Assembly: GCF_001194135.2 (NCBI RefSeq)
Contig: NC_068992.1
Coordinates: forward strand, 64,668,635-64,732,634
DNA from: Octopus bimaculoides
Lineage: Eukaryota
Direction: 5' to 3'
Length of the DNA stretch: 64,000 bases
The notes beneath the pieces are model-generated. The model was not told where the DNA came from. It worked only from the letters and a program-made list of their open reading frames with translations, and made no database searches. The position numbers and the translations under genes were made by a program. Positions 13,456-24,535 of this stretch are shown here, in pieces (the first letter of the stretch is position 1; every line of letters starts with the position of its first letter).

Positions 13456-16169
13456 TGAAGAAAACAAAATGCATATATTGTAAAGTTTTTGGTTTCCAAA
13501 TATCTAATTACATTTAATAGAAGGCAAACATTAAAACTATCACATGGCGAGGTATTTTATTTGGTATAGTGTTAAGAAAACATTAGAATAAGGTTGATCT
13601 TACTTGACTTTTTTTAATTTAAATATAAGATAAAACACACTCATATACATGCACACACACACACACAAAGCTGTTAATACTGACCTGATAACATTTAAAC
13701 TTTCTTCATGACCTAGAAATTGTCATTTTTTACTGACAAGGTACAAGCACCATTTTGCAAAATTTTAAATGGAGTCAATTAAAACTCATTTCTACTATCT
13801 TATACATGCGAAATAAACTGACAAAGGAAACTTTAAGTGGCTGCTCAATGTGTTAGAAATAGCAGCCAAATGCTCATCATATCACACACCCATTACTGTC
13901 TTTAAAAACCGAAGGATACATCAAATAATGTGGTCCCAAATATACTAATAATGAAAAAAAAAAGTTACAAATAGAATGTCTCTGATAACACATTTGTTTG
14001 AATTAAGACAAATCTGATGTTAATAAAAACAATACAAAACAAAAAGAACTGTATTGGGATTTAAATCACTGAATTAGACACAGTTAAACATTCATCTACC
14101 CGGATTTCTCTGCTTACTATGGATACCATGGCACATCTGTCTACCCTGCTATTACATAAACAAATACAGGTATATCAAGTACCATACAACAATTCTTGAT
14201 TTATTAAATTAAAGTGCTAGCAATGAATCTAGGTAGTGTTAAAAAAGCTGTCACACTGTGGAAAGCATGGAATGCAGATGTTAAATGGTGGTGGTGATGC
14301 CATCCATCACACAAGCTTTTGTTTTAATTATTTTTAATACTTTTCTCTTTATTTTTTAAATTTTTACTTGATTGATTAATAGATAGATCGATAGTTAGAT
14401 AGATATATAGATAGATAGACAGATAGATAGATAGATAGATAGATAAAAAGCATCGTTTGTATATCTAAATATACTTCCACGAAATCAATAATAGGCACTT
14501 CGATTAGATGGTATATCTACAGAGAAGTGCACAACTGATTTCATTTCCGCATAACTATCTGAAAGATGCATATTTTTAAATGAAACTTTGTAGAGGTGAG
14601 TTTTCGAGGATGTAGATTACGATTATGTTGATAACATTAAGATTTTATTTGGGGAATTTCAATTATTTTCCCCTGTCTCGTCTTTGTTATCTCGCAGCTC
14701 TCTTTAAAATACATTCTTTTAAATGACATTTTACGTTTTCGAGGGGGTAGATTAGGTAATGTTGATGTTTTAAACGTAGAACTGAAAAAACAGAAACGTG
14801 AAAAGACGCTACAATTATAAAAAATTAGTGATAATATGTTGGGGATGGGACGGAATAAATGATTAAAAACTCGTAAAAAAATATATCATTTTTCTCGTTT
14901 TCTTTTAATCAACATAATCGTAAAATACACCCTCGAAAACGAATCGCTGTAAAATTTCATTTGAAAGAAAGAAAATGTACATTTTCCATAAAGTTGTGAG
15001 AGAACAAAATTGGTGGGGTACTAATGTATAGTTATGCCAACGATTACTAGCATTCAGCAGTTTTAGACTTGTTATAATTACGTTTTTTTTTCGACAAGAT
15101 ATATATAAGGTATTTTTCGATATTTCTATAAATAAAAGCATACAAAACCTAATTATAGTGGTTGGGTTATTCGAAAGAATCTTGCTAATAAAGACGCTAC
15201 CTGCCTGCTATCAGGCGGTGTTGAGTTAAAGCGTACTTTTAGGAAACTAAATGGCCTTGAGAAAAGCATGCACGCCATACCATCTCATTTTCCCGATTCA
15301 CCTTATTTTTATAAAGGGTTAATTATGATTAGCAAATAATTGAACTGGGGGTATCGACAAGGTAATTAGTCTTACAGAGCCTCGCAGAGTTTTCGAATAG
15401 CCGTCTTTCGAAGTCTCATACTTCGTGGATAGGACACGGAGTTTTTTCCCCCTTTCGCTTTATCGTACTTTTCCCACCGTTTGTGTTTCATACCACGAAA
15501 ATTAAGAAATTGAGATTCTGAAAAAAAAATAATTTCTATTTTTTTCCCCCTTACATATTTCTTTCTCTCTTGGATGCCCTTTTATTTTCCTTAAAACCCG
15601 TTGAAATCCTTTTCATAGTGAATACTACTACTCGCATATCAAAGACGATGCTGCCTCCACACTACGTCTCCTTCTACTGCAACTAAATTAATGAGTTGCA
15701 TACCACTTCCATTCAAGGCCATCCCGTATACCCGTTTCTCCTCCATCTCTTATCATCTTTACTTTCTGTCTGTTTGTCTCCTCATCTCCACCCCCACCCA
15801 ACACATATACCTTCATAATTTCAGAACTATTTCTTTACAGAAATGCATCTCGCTGACATTTCCTTTTCGCCAAAATTTCTTTCCTGCAAGAGTTCAAACT
15901 ATGTTCAAGTAGGTCAAGGTCGCATTTACAAAAGGTCGAGGGCATCGCTCCCCACGCCCTGAATAATAATGGTTTCATATTTTAGCACATAGCCAGCAAT
16001 TCGACCCCTGTGTTCAACTGGTACTTATTTGACCCCGACCGATTTTGACCTTAGAACGTAACGAATCCGAAGATATATTGCAATGCATTTTGTCTAATAC
16101 CCTCGCGATTGGGCTTTATAATAATAATAATAATAATAATAATAGTCTTTCATTGAAACAGACTGGTCA

Positions 16170-16375
16170 TATGGCGAGCTAGCAGAATGGTTGGCATCCC
16201 GGACAAAATGCTTAGCAGCATTTCGTCCGTCTTTAAGTTCTGCCGACGTTGACTTAGTTTTTCAATCCTTTGGGAGTCGTTAAATAAGTACCAGTTGAGA
16301 ATTGAAGTCGAAGTAATCGACTATCTCCCTCCCCGGGAATTTCAGACCCTGTACCTATAAGAGAAAGGATTATTA
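16170..16375 (+). mobile_element. tRNA-derived SINE, family A
   Basis: GGCGAGCTAGCAGAATGG head; ATAAGTACCAGTTGAG core. Confidence 0.75.
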
Positions 16376-17903
16376 TTATTAAGAATGAAAGCCCACAACC
16401 AAAGATGAAGAATTACCGAATGAATAAAAAGAATTAAAAAAAAAAATTCTAGCATTGACTGATTTCCCTATATATTATTTAAAATTTATTTAGATTATAT
16501 TCAATTATTTAAAAGAATAAAAAATAAAATAAAAATACAGGAGAAAAGCAGAAATGGCCGAGAGAGAAGAGGAAATTAAACCAGACAGTTTTAGTAAATA
16601 TTTACTGGTCATTATATGAAACGGGGTAGATAATTGCAAGGTGTGTCAATTATTGGGTAGCAATTAATTAAACTGAAGGGGTGGATACAGAAAGTGCGCG
16701 CACGCACAGACACACATAAAATACATACATATAGAAATATACACACACACACACACACATGAATTAATGTGTGTGTGTGTGTGTGTGTAAGTTTTTAACG
16801 TCATATGCAGATATATCTAAATCAAACGAAATTTAGAACTCAATGCATTTGCAATAGTTAATTCTTCAATAAGAAGACGTAAGTGATTATCGTCTTTTCT
16901 TCACTTCAACTTCATTCTTGCAGGCTAACGAGAGAAATGACCTAACAAAAATACAAAAAAATAAAAAGGAAAACAGGGAGCTTGCCCCAGGTCACTCTGA
17001 TCGAGCAGACTTGTAATCAAAAGCGCTCCAGCTATGACATCATATCCTTTTGTTTATTACGGACTACACTGTTATGTCTAAGGGAGTCCTTTTTACAGAA
17101 GGGCGTAGAGTTTGGAGGAAATTTAGTTGTTATTTCTAGCCGGTTAGGCAGCCGCATAGAAGCGCCTTCGTTGCTCTTGTAACAATGATGCGATGTGAAA
17201 TGGTGTACAGTGTTAGGGGTCAGAAATATATCTAACATTACTGAGCTTTATATAGACTGGTACACGGCCAATGCTATATTTAGGAGATGGTGAGGCGTTC
17301 ATGCGTCTTCCAATATTTAGCGAAAGCACAAGTTTAAAATAAAATAGCAATGATAACGGTTAATCGAGGTCTCTCGGAGGAAATTCTCATGACTCCCGTG
17401 TAGATTAAAACTGTTGGACTTCAAATATGTTATATCAAGGTCTTTTCCGACACACGTTCAAATCCTGCCGAATTCGATACATGGATGATTATATTGATAA
17501 CAATGTGATAGACTCAAGTGAAACCACTTGATTAAATTTTCTACTTCCTACCTCCCTCTCAGAATAAATTNNNNNNNNNNNNNNNNNNNNNNNNNNNNNN
17601 NNNNNNNNNNNNNNNNNNNNNNNNNNNNNNNNNNNNNNNNNNNNNNNNNNNNNNNNNNNNNNNNNNNNNNNNNNNNNNNNNNNNNNNNNNNNNNNNNNNN
17701 NNNNNNNNNNNNNNNNNNNNNNNNNNNNNNNNNNNNNNNNNNNNNNNNNNNNNNNNNNNNNNNNNNNNNNNNNNNNNNNNNNNNNNNNNNNNNNNNNNNN
17801 NNNNNNNNNNNNNNNNNNNNNNNNNNNNNNNNNNNNGGGTTAGGGTTAGGATCGACCACTCAAGACTAGCTAGCGCGTCCGGGACCGTGCTGCTTTAGTA
17901 GTA

Positions 17904-17942
<39 letters not shown>

Positions 17943-18289
17943 CAATAATAATAATATATATACATATATATATATATATATATGCGTGTGCACGCGTATA
18001 TATGTATGTATGTGTGCATGTAAATCTCTGGATAGGCAGGTTCTTTGTGATTTTGTCATATGAATATATATTTAACTACGTACGTATATACACACACACA
18101 CATATGTAAAGGTATTTTGGATTTCTACTCGTATATGTATGTATATATACACACGAAACGTCTGTTGATATTTAAATATTATCAAATGAATCAATGAGAA
18201 TAAAATAAGCTTGTCTAGATTGTAAAGGTTGTCGGTTATGAAATGGTCAGAGATTGTCTAAAAGAAGAGATAATAAATAGTGAACTGAC

Positions 18290-18398
18290 CAGTGTCGGCG
18301 TTGAGGGGCCCAGCATTCATAAATTCTATGATGCCATCAATACTTTTTTTGTTGCCATTTAACTTCCAGTTGCCTCCAACGAAGAATTTTCGACCCAT
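18290..18398 (-). CDS. TPI1: Triosephosphate isomerase, coding exon 1 (109 bp)
   Basis: [36 protein letters not shown]; catalytic Lys in GGNWK; Kozak-like CACCATGG; GTCAGT donor. The six exons sum to 744 bp = 247 aa + stop. Confidence 0.98.
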
Positions 18399-18479
18399 GG
18401 TGATTGATGTCTGATGTTTCTGTCTCTTTAAAACAGCTTACAATGGGTTGAAAGGAATCAAACACTGTCTCTTAGTGCG

Positions 18480-18860
18480 ACTGTTGCTGTGACAAAGAGA
18501 GGAGGAAAGAGTAAGAGAGACAGAGGGATAGAGAGAGATACTGTTGCACGAGCAGAGAGAAGAGGAGGTAGAAGAGAGAATGAGTGAGAGATATTGTAGT
18601 GACATAGAAGGGAGGAGAAGTGCTCGAGAGGCTGTTACTCTGAGAGAGAGGAAGGTAAGAGCGAGAGGTAGTGTTTTGATAGAGAGAGAAGAAGATCGTG
18701 GTTGAAGGACAGTGCTACTATGAGAGAGAGGGAGGTAAGGGTGAGAGCTACTGTTTAGAGAGGGTAGGAGAGCGTGATTGAGAGACGCTGTTACTCAGAT
18801 AGAGAGGAAGGGGATAGCATAAGAATTAAACTAAGACAGAAAGAGAGAGAGAGAGAGTAA
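18480..18860. repeat. GA-rich degenerate minisatellite just upstream of the TPI start codon
   Basis: Recurring ~40-bp units such as GAGAGAGAGGAAGGTAAGAGCGAGAGGTAGTGTT and CTGTTACTC motifs. Confidence 0.6.
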
Positions 18861-19542
18861 GAGACTATTACTGAGGCAGGAAGGGAGGTGACAAGGTCGT
18901 TTGACGTTGAACGTCCTTGACGTTCTCTCAAGGTCGATTGTATGTATGATTGTTGGTAATGTTCAACTGCAGACAGCAAAGACCTGGCTTACATTTCAGT
19001 TTAAGGTACGTCACACAAACACAGAAATTTGCAATTTGGAATTCAGAAACAAATTTTTAAAAAGACGAAAAAATAAAAAAAATAGGGTGAATATATATTA
19101 AGTATTAAATGAAAACGGTTAGAAATATTTTTAAATAAATATTTTTTACAGCAGTGATCTGTCTACTTTTTAACTAGTTTCTCGATTTTAAAAATCATTT
19201 TAGAATATCATAGAATATCCCTTTCTTTCTTTCTTACACACACACACACACACACACACAGAGGGACATAGCCAAGTACAAAACATTTAAAACTCCACCC
19301 ACTGACAGACACACTCATGCATGTGTACTTGAGCATATGTGTGTGTAAGCCATCTAAGAGTACATTAGTTAGATAAAAATGCACTCTTATATCTATCAGT
19401 AGAGTAGGTATATGAATTGAAGTGTACAGTACAGCAGCAGTCCGACTTGCAAGGAAAGAACGCCATAATGCTGAACAGGAATGCAAAATGCACAAATCAG
19501 AGATCAACAGGATAAAGTGCAATAGATCATCCAACCATCTCA

Positions 19543-20123
19543 TTTATTTGAATGGATCTTTTTTAAAACGGGGGCCACATTTTTCATTAACGAAACACTT
19601 TGAAACTTGGAACACTGGTAGAATGTGTCATATAAAACATCTTTTTCTCTTAGTCTTCTTTAAAAAAAAAGAAATCCCTAAGTTATTCCATGTTAAAGTT
19701 GTCGTAGTTCTGTAATTTCAACCGATCACTGACGTCCATTCAGCCGATATACATTAAGTGCCGACTACATAAACAAACGATTCAGAAACAATTCTATCGG
19801 TGATAGGGTTAGGGTTAGGGTAAAACAGCAAATTTAAAAAGAAAAAAGAAAAACGAAGCTATGGAAATTAAATACGCTTTACACCACTTAATCAGCCAAA
19901 GGAGTAAATATAAACAACTGAATACTTGTCAGTGATTGGTTGAAATTATCGAAATAAGACAATTTTTTACATGAAATAAATTCGAATACAAAAATATTTT
20001 TCTGTTCTATAACACAAAATAGATAAGTATACGAAGTTTGAAAGTCTTTCGGTACCAAAAACACTACGTAAAACATTAATGAAAAATGTGGCCCCCGTTT
20101 TAAAAAAGATCCATTTGAATAAA
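19543..20123. mobile_element. Foldback/MITE-like element with long inverted arms and a central (TTAGGG)2-3
   Basis: 19551-19590 is the exact reverse complement of 20076-20115 (40 bp); imperfect arm similarity continues inward (AATTTCAACCRATCACTGAC on both arms); GGGTTAGGGTTAGGG near 19806. Confidence 0.75.
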
Positions 20124-21174
20124 ACGAACTGTCCGATGAAGAATTAAATTTTAAATATAATGAAAAAACTGTAAAGTTTTGTAATTAGGGGCGGGGTACC
20201 TTATTAATAAAGATGCTACGTTCCGTTCGTCGGACAGTTTTGGTTGAGAATGGAACAAAATAAGGTTATATGCTTAAATATACAATTTCTTCGATAGATA
20301 CGCATTTAAAAATGGTTTTGTTTCATTGGCCTTTTCAATAACCAGTTATATGAAATTACAATTACGGTTTAAAATCATATTATTATACAAATCGAAGAAA
20401 ACCTTAAATGAAAAGAATAGCTTCAGGAGAAGGGAAAAAACCCCTGTATACTCGGGGAAGATTAATTAATGGTAAAAAAATAATATATTTATATAAATGA
20501 AAAGATACGTCCGTTTAAAATAAAAAAAAGATTTACAAAGAACTAACATCATAAAAATACATATACATTTAGTAATATATACACACACCAAAAAACCTAT
20601 ATATACATATCTACATACACTAAACAGATGTTGGTACATGGCTGCATACATATATATGTATATCTAAAGGAGATCACTAGGTGGACGGTTAATGTGCTAG
20701 AAAAAGATCACATGTAATGCGTCTTCTAAGACCGAATTGTTCTCAAGCAACAAACGTATGCGGGCAAGACAAGTGAAACTTACATAGATACATACGATAT
20801 TATCCATATACATAAATAAGTATCTACGTACATGTATACACGCACCATAATACTTCTCCGTGTGTATCAAATTTTCTACCTAGTTGTAACAGACTAGAGA
20901 AAGAAAATGTAAAGAAAATCAGAATAATAAGAGGTGAAAGAAAGAAAAAGGAAATAAGAAGCGGTGAAAGAAAGGGAAAGAGAAATAGAGAGAAATGATT
21001 TGGAAGTTCGCGTTCGTAAAAGTATTTAACAAATTCGGTAAACTTGAAAACGCACACATATAGAACGACATGCATATCTACATACATACAAAAGTAATAC
21101 ACATCTTCACATCAAAATAAATATATACATCATAACGTATATACGCAAACAAATCTATTTAATAACTGGTATAC

Positions 21175-21370
21175 AGAATATTTCTTTATTGCCCACAGGC
21201 GGCTAAACGCAGAAGGGACAAACAAGGACAGACAAAGGGATGAAAGTCGATTACATCGACTCCAGTGACTGACTGGTACATATTTAATCGACCCCGAAAG
21301 GATGAAAGGCAAAGCCGCGACGTCAGTGGAATTTGAACTCAGAACGTAACGGCAGACGAAATACCGATTT
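21175..21370 (-). mobile_element. tRNA-derived SINE, family A
   Basis: TCGATTACATCGAC...GGATGAAAGGCAAAG...GAATTTGAACTCAGAACG. Confidence 0.8.
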
Positions 21371-21637
21371 CTTTATTAGGCTTAAAGCCCTAAAAACACA
21401 GATGCGGACACCACAAGGACAGACAAAACCACAGTGGGGCAAAAAACATAACGAATGTAAATGGGATGAAATTATATAATAATGAAACAAATGAAAATGA
21501 CCACACGGGCCCCACTCCCATGCAGTACCATTTGAACCATTATATGCACTATCTACAATTGTTCTTTTTTTTCTTCTTACTTTATCACCATTATTTTCCG
21601 AAAAATAACATCATTTAACATACATTATTTTTCTCTA

Positions 21638-21850
21638 TTAGTAGAACTTCATCAGTGGTTCAATATCACTCAGATTCCCTACTGGTGGCAACTCCTTGAA
21701 TTCTACCTCCACTCCTGGTGGGTGAACCCTGTCTCCACACATCTCTTTCAACTTTCTGTAGTTCTCTTCTTCTTCTATCAGTTTTGCCTTCATATCCTCT
21801 GCGTAGACGTATGAAGGCACCTTCACTCTTACTATTGAATCCGACTTAAT
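21638..21850 (-). CDS. Uncharacterised putative secreted protein, last exon (213 bp)
   Basis: IKSDSIVRVKVPSYVYAEDMKAKLIEEEENYRKLKEMCGDRVHPPGVEVEFKELPPVGNLSDIEPLMKFY* then TAA TAG; CAG acceptor, phase 0. Confidence 0.8.
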   Translation of the reverse strand: MKSDSIVRVKVPSYVYAEDMKAKLIEEEENYRKLKEMCGDRVHPPGVEVEFKELPPVGNLSDIEPLMKFY

Positions 21851-21959
21851 CTGTTTTTACATCTTAAATCCTACTAACGTTAGAAGTCAATTTATAAATA
21901 CTTTTTACTCTTCATTTTTTCTGCTCCTCGTCACACTACCTAATCATTCTTCAGCAACT

Positions 21960-22460
21960 TCCGAATCATGTCTAGATCAAATAGGAGTCCCCCAGGGGTC
22001 CATACTGGGCCCATTACTGTTCCTTATCTATATAAATGATAATATTTGCATTTCTACTAATTTATTAAATTTTCTACATTTCGCTGATGACTTTACTATT
22101 TTTATTAGTCACCATGACCTTCCCTCCCTATTCAATACAATTAATTCAGAACTGGACAAGGTTTATCTATGGCTTATCACTAATTGGCTTACCCTTAATA
22201 TAAAAAAATTACCTGCTACATGCTTCTCTCCACAAAGTCCAAACAGCTTCATCCTAATGTCTTCATCACAGGTAAAGCAATTTCACATGTAACAGCCACA
22301 AAATTTCTCAGCATTCATATTGATGAGTTCCTCAGTTTCAAAACACATATAAGCAATTTATTAAAACAAAATACCCGTACTCTTGGTATGTTAATTAGAA
22401 TTTCTTACCTTCGTCCTGAAAATGTTAGAATCATTCTTTACTATACTCAAAATTCTCTTA
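21960..22460 (+). mobile_element. CR1/L2-group LINE reverse-transcriptase fragment
   Basis: GVPQGSILGPLLFLIYIND...FADD...KFLSIHIDEFLSFKTHI with a frameshift; lies in the last intron of the unnamed gene, antisense to it. Confidence 0.85.
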
Positions 22461-23175
22461 CTCTGTTGCTGCCAGACTTAAAGAGATTTACTTTTTATAT
22501 ACCTTTATGATTACCTTGCTTGCATGCAAAGGATATATCTTTTTTGTTTGTTTTTTTTTATACAATTATTGACCTTTCTATTTTTTGACCTCCTACCAAA
22601 TTGCCCAAACCAGCCAGGCTGCCAAAGTGCTTAATCTGGTTNNNNNNNNNNNNNNNNNNNNNNNNNNNNNNNNNNNNNNNNNNNNNNNNNNNNNNNNNNN
22701 NNNNNNNNNNNNNNNNNNNNNNNNNNNNNNNNNNNNNNNNNNNNNNNNNNNNNNNNNNNNNNNNNNNNNNNNNNNNNNNNNNNNNNNNNNNNNNNNNNNN
22801 NNNNNNNNNNNNNNNNNNNNNNNNNNNNNNNNNNNNNNNNNNNNNNNNNNNNNNNNNNNNNNNNNNNNNNNNNNNNNNNNNNNNNNNNNNNNNNNNNNNN
22901 NNNNNNNNNNNNNNNNNNNNNNNNNNNNNNNNNNNNNNNNNNNNNNNNNNNNNNNNNNNNNNNNNNNNNNNNNNNNNNNNNNNNNNNNNNNNNNNNNNNN
23001 NNNNNNNNNNNNNNNNNNNNNNNNNNNNNNNNNNNNNNNNNNNNNNNNNNNNNNNNNGTTGTGTCGCTGAATTTTTACTGAGAACATATATTTTTTTCAT
23101 GGTTAGATGATTCGGCATCTATTTCTAGCATATAGGAGTCCACTTTTGCTGGTCATCCCTCTTATTTTTGTATGT

Positions 23176-23218
<43 letters not shown>

Positions 23219-23244
23219 ATATGGGCGAGGGTGAGTTTGTGCGT

Positions 23245-23423
23245 GTGTACAGAAGAGGCTTCCTCAAATGTCTGGGGAATTCTTAGATGCAGTAGATAAC
23301 ATCTGTTACCTAGGTACCCAAATTAGCAATGAAGGAGGATGTTCTGAAAGCCTACCGGCTAGAATAAGAATAGGCGGGGCAAAGTTCAGGTAAATACTAC
23401 CTTTGTTTGTCACAAGGGGGTAG
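23245..23423 (+). mobile_element. RTE ORF2 fragment
   Basis: AVDNICYLGTQISNEGGCSESLPARIRIGGAKFR*ILPLFVT, overlapping in sequence with the copy at 43950. Confidence 0.7.
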
Positions 23424-23686
23424 GAGAATATCACATATATCCACACATACAAACACTTTGGTAATGTTCTCTTTATTATATTTTTAACAAACACATATAA
23501 GAATACAGTTTAACACACAAACACACACAAAGGAAATAATATGAGAGTAAAAATAAATAATATATAAGTTTTTACCTGATACAGCACATGACGATGGTGG
23601 CGATCAAGACTAATATGATGACAACAAGTAGGCCAATAACTAAAGAAGAAAAGAATAAGACACTCAGTCAAACATTATTTTATATA

Positions 23687-24535
23687 CGAGGGGGTAGAAA
23701 GGGTACCCAAAAGAAACCGGAACTTTGCAATATTATTTTATTCACTTAGTTTTACATGTTTACATTTTTATCACCCTCAAGGTAATTTTCCATTTCAAGC
23801 AATGCACCAGTCCAGACGCAGTCCTGGAACTCTTCTAAAGTGAAGCCTTTTAATACCTCTGTCGTTTTTTTCTTCACCTCTTCCGCATCTGCAAAATTCT
23901 GTAGCACCAGCTTTCATCACCAGTGATGAACTTTGGAAAAAGGTCCAGATCAACTTGCAACTTTTCTTTCAGTTGATGACATTCATTCAGTTGTGACTTC
24001 TTTTGATCTTCTCTGAGCAAGTGAGGCACAAAGTTTGCTGCAACTCTTTTCATTCTTAATTCCTCACTCAAAATTTGTTGACAGCAGCTTCAGAACACAC
24101 CAGTTATATCAAAAAGTTTGTCACTTGTTTGGTGCCTGTCCTCTAAGATCAGTTCATGAATTTTCAGGGATGTTCTCATTCATTCAAGAGGTTGACAGTC
24201 ACCGTGAACAAGGTTGCTCTTCAAGTGACAAGTGACCATTCTTAAAGCATGGAAACCACTTGTAAACTTATGTTTTGCTCATGGCAGTGTCCTTGTAAGC
24301 TGTTTTAAGCATGACAACAGTTTTGGCTGCCGTTTTCCCCAGTAGAAATCGATGAATAGGAGAGAAGCACTGCAAAACAAAGATGCACCACAGTGCAGTA
24401 AGACCTCACTCAATGACACCATTTGGCAGACTGATGCCTGAGGATCACATCAAGTGACTTGTAGTGACAGAAGCCTGAATTACAATGAATTTGTCCTACA
24501 GAGAGTATTTCCGGTTTCTTTTGGGTACCTCCTCA
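23687..24535 (-). mobile_element. Internally deleted mariner-like transposon with both TIRs
   Basis: TA-CGAGGG...GTACCCAAAAGAAACCGGAA on the left and TTCCGGTTTCTTTTGGGTACCTCCTCA-TA on the right; transposase remnant MKRVAANFVPHLL...ITGDESWCY. Confidence 0.85.

Noticed and set aside
15201-15278. MACMLFSRPFSFLKVRFNSTPPDSRQ plus a GT donor in TPI intron 1, resembling a mitochondrial-targeting alternative first exon
   Set aside because: It ends in phase 0 while exon 2 needs phase 1, so splicing frameshifts to a stop; replacing exon 1 would also delete the catalytic Lys.
17837-17850. GGGTTAGGGTTAGG as a telomere or fusion site
   Set aside because: Only about two units are visible beside a gap inside a TPI intron; short TTAGGG runs also occur inside the foldback element.
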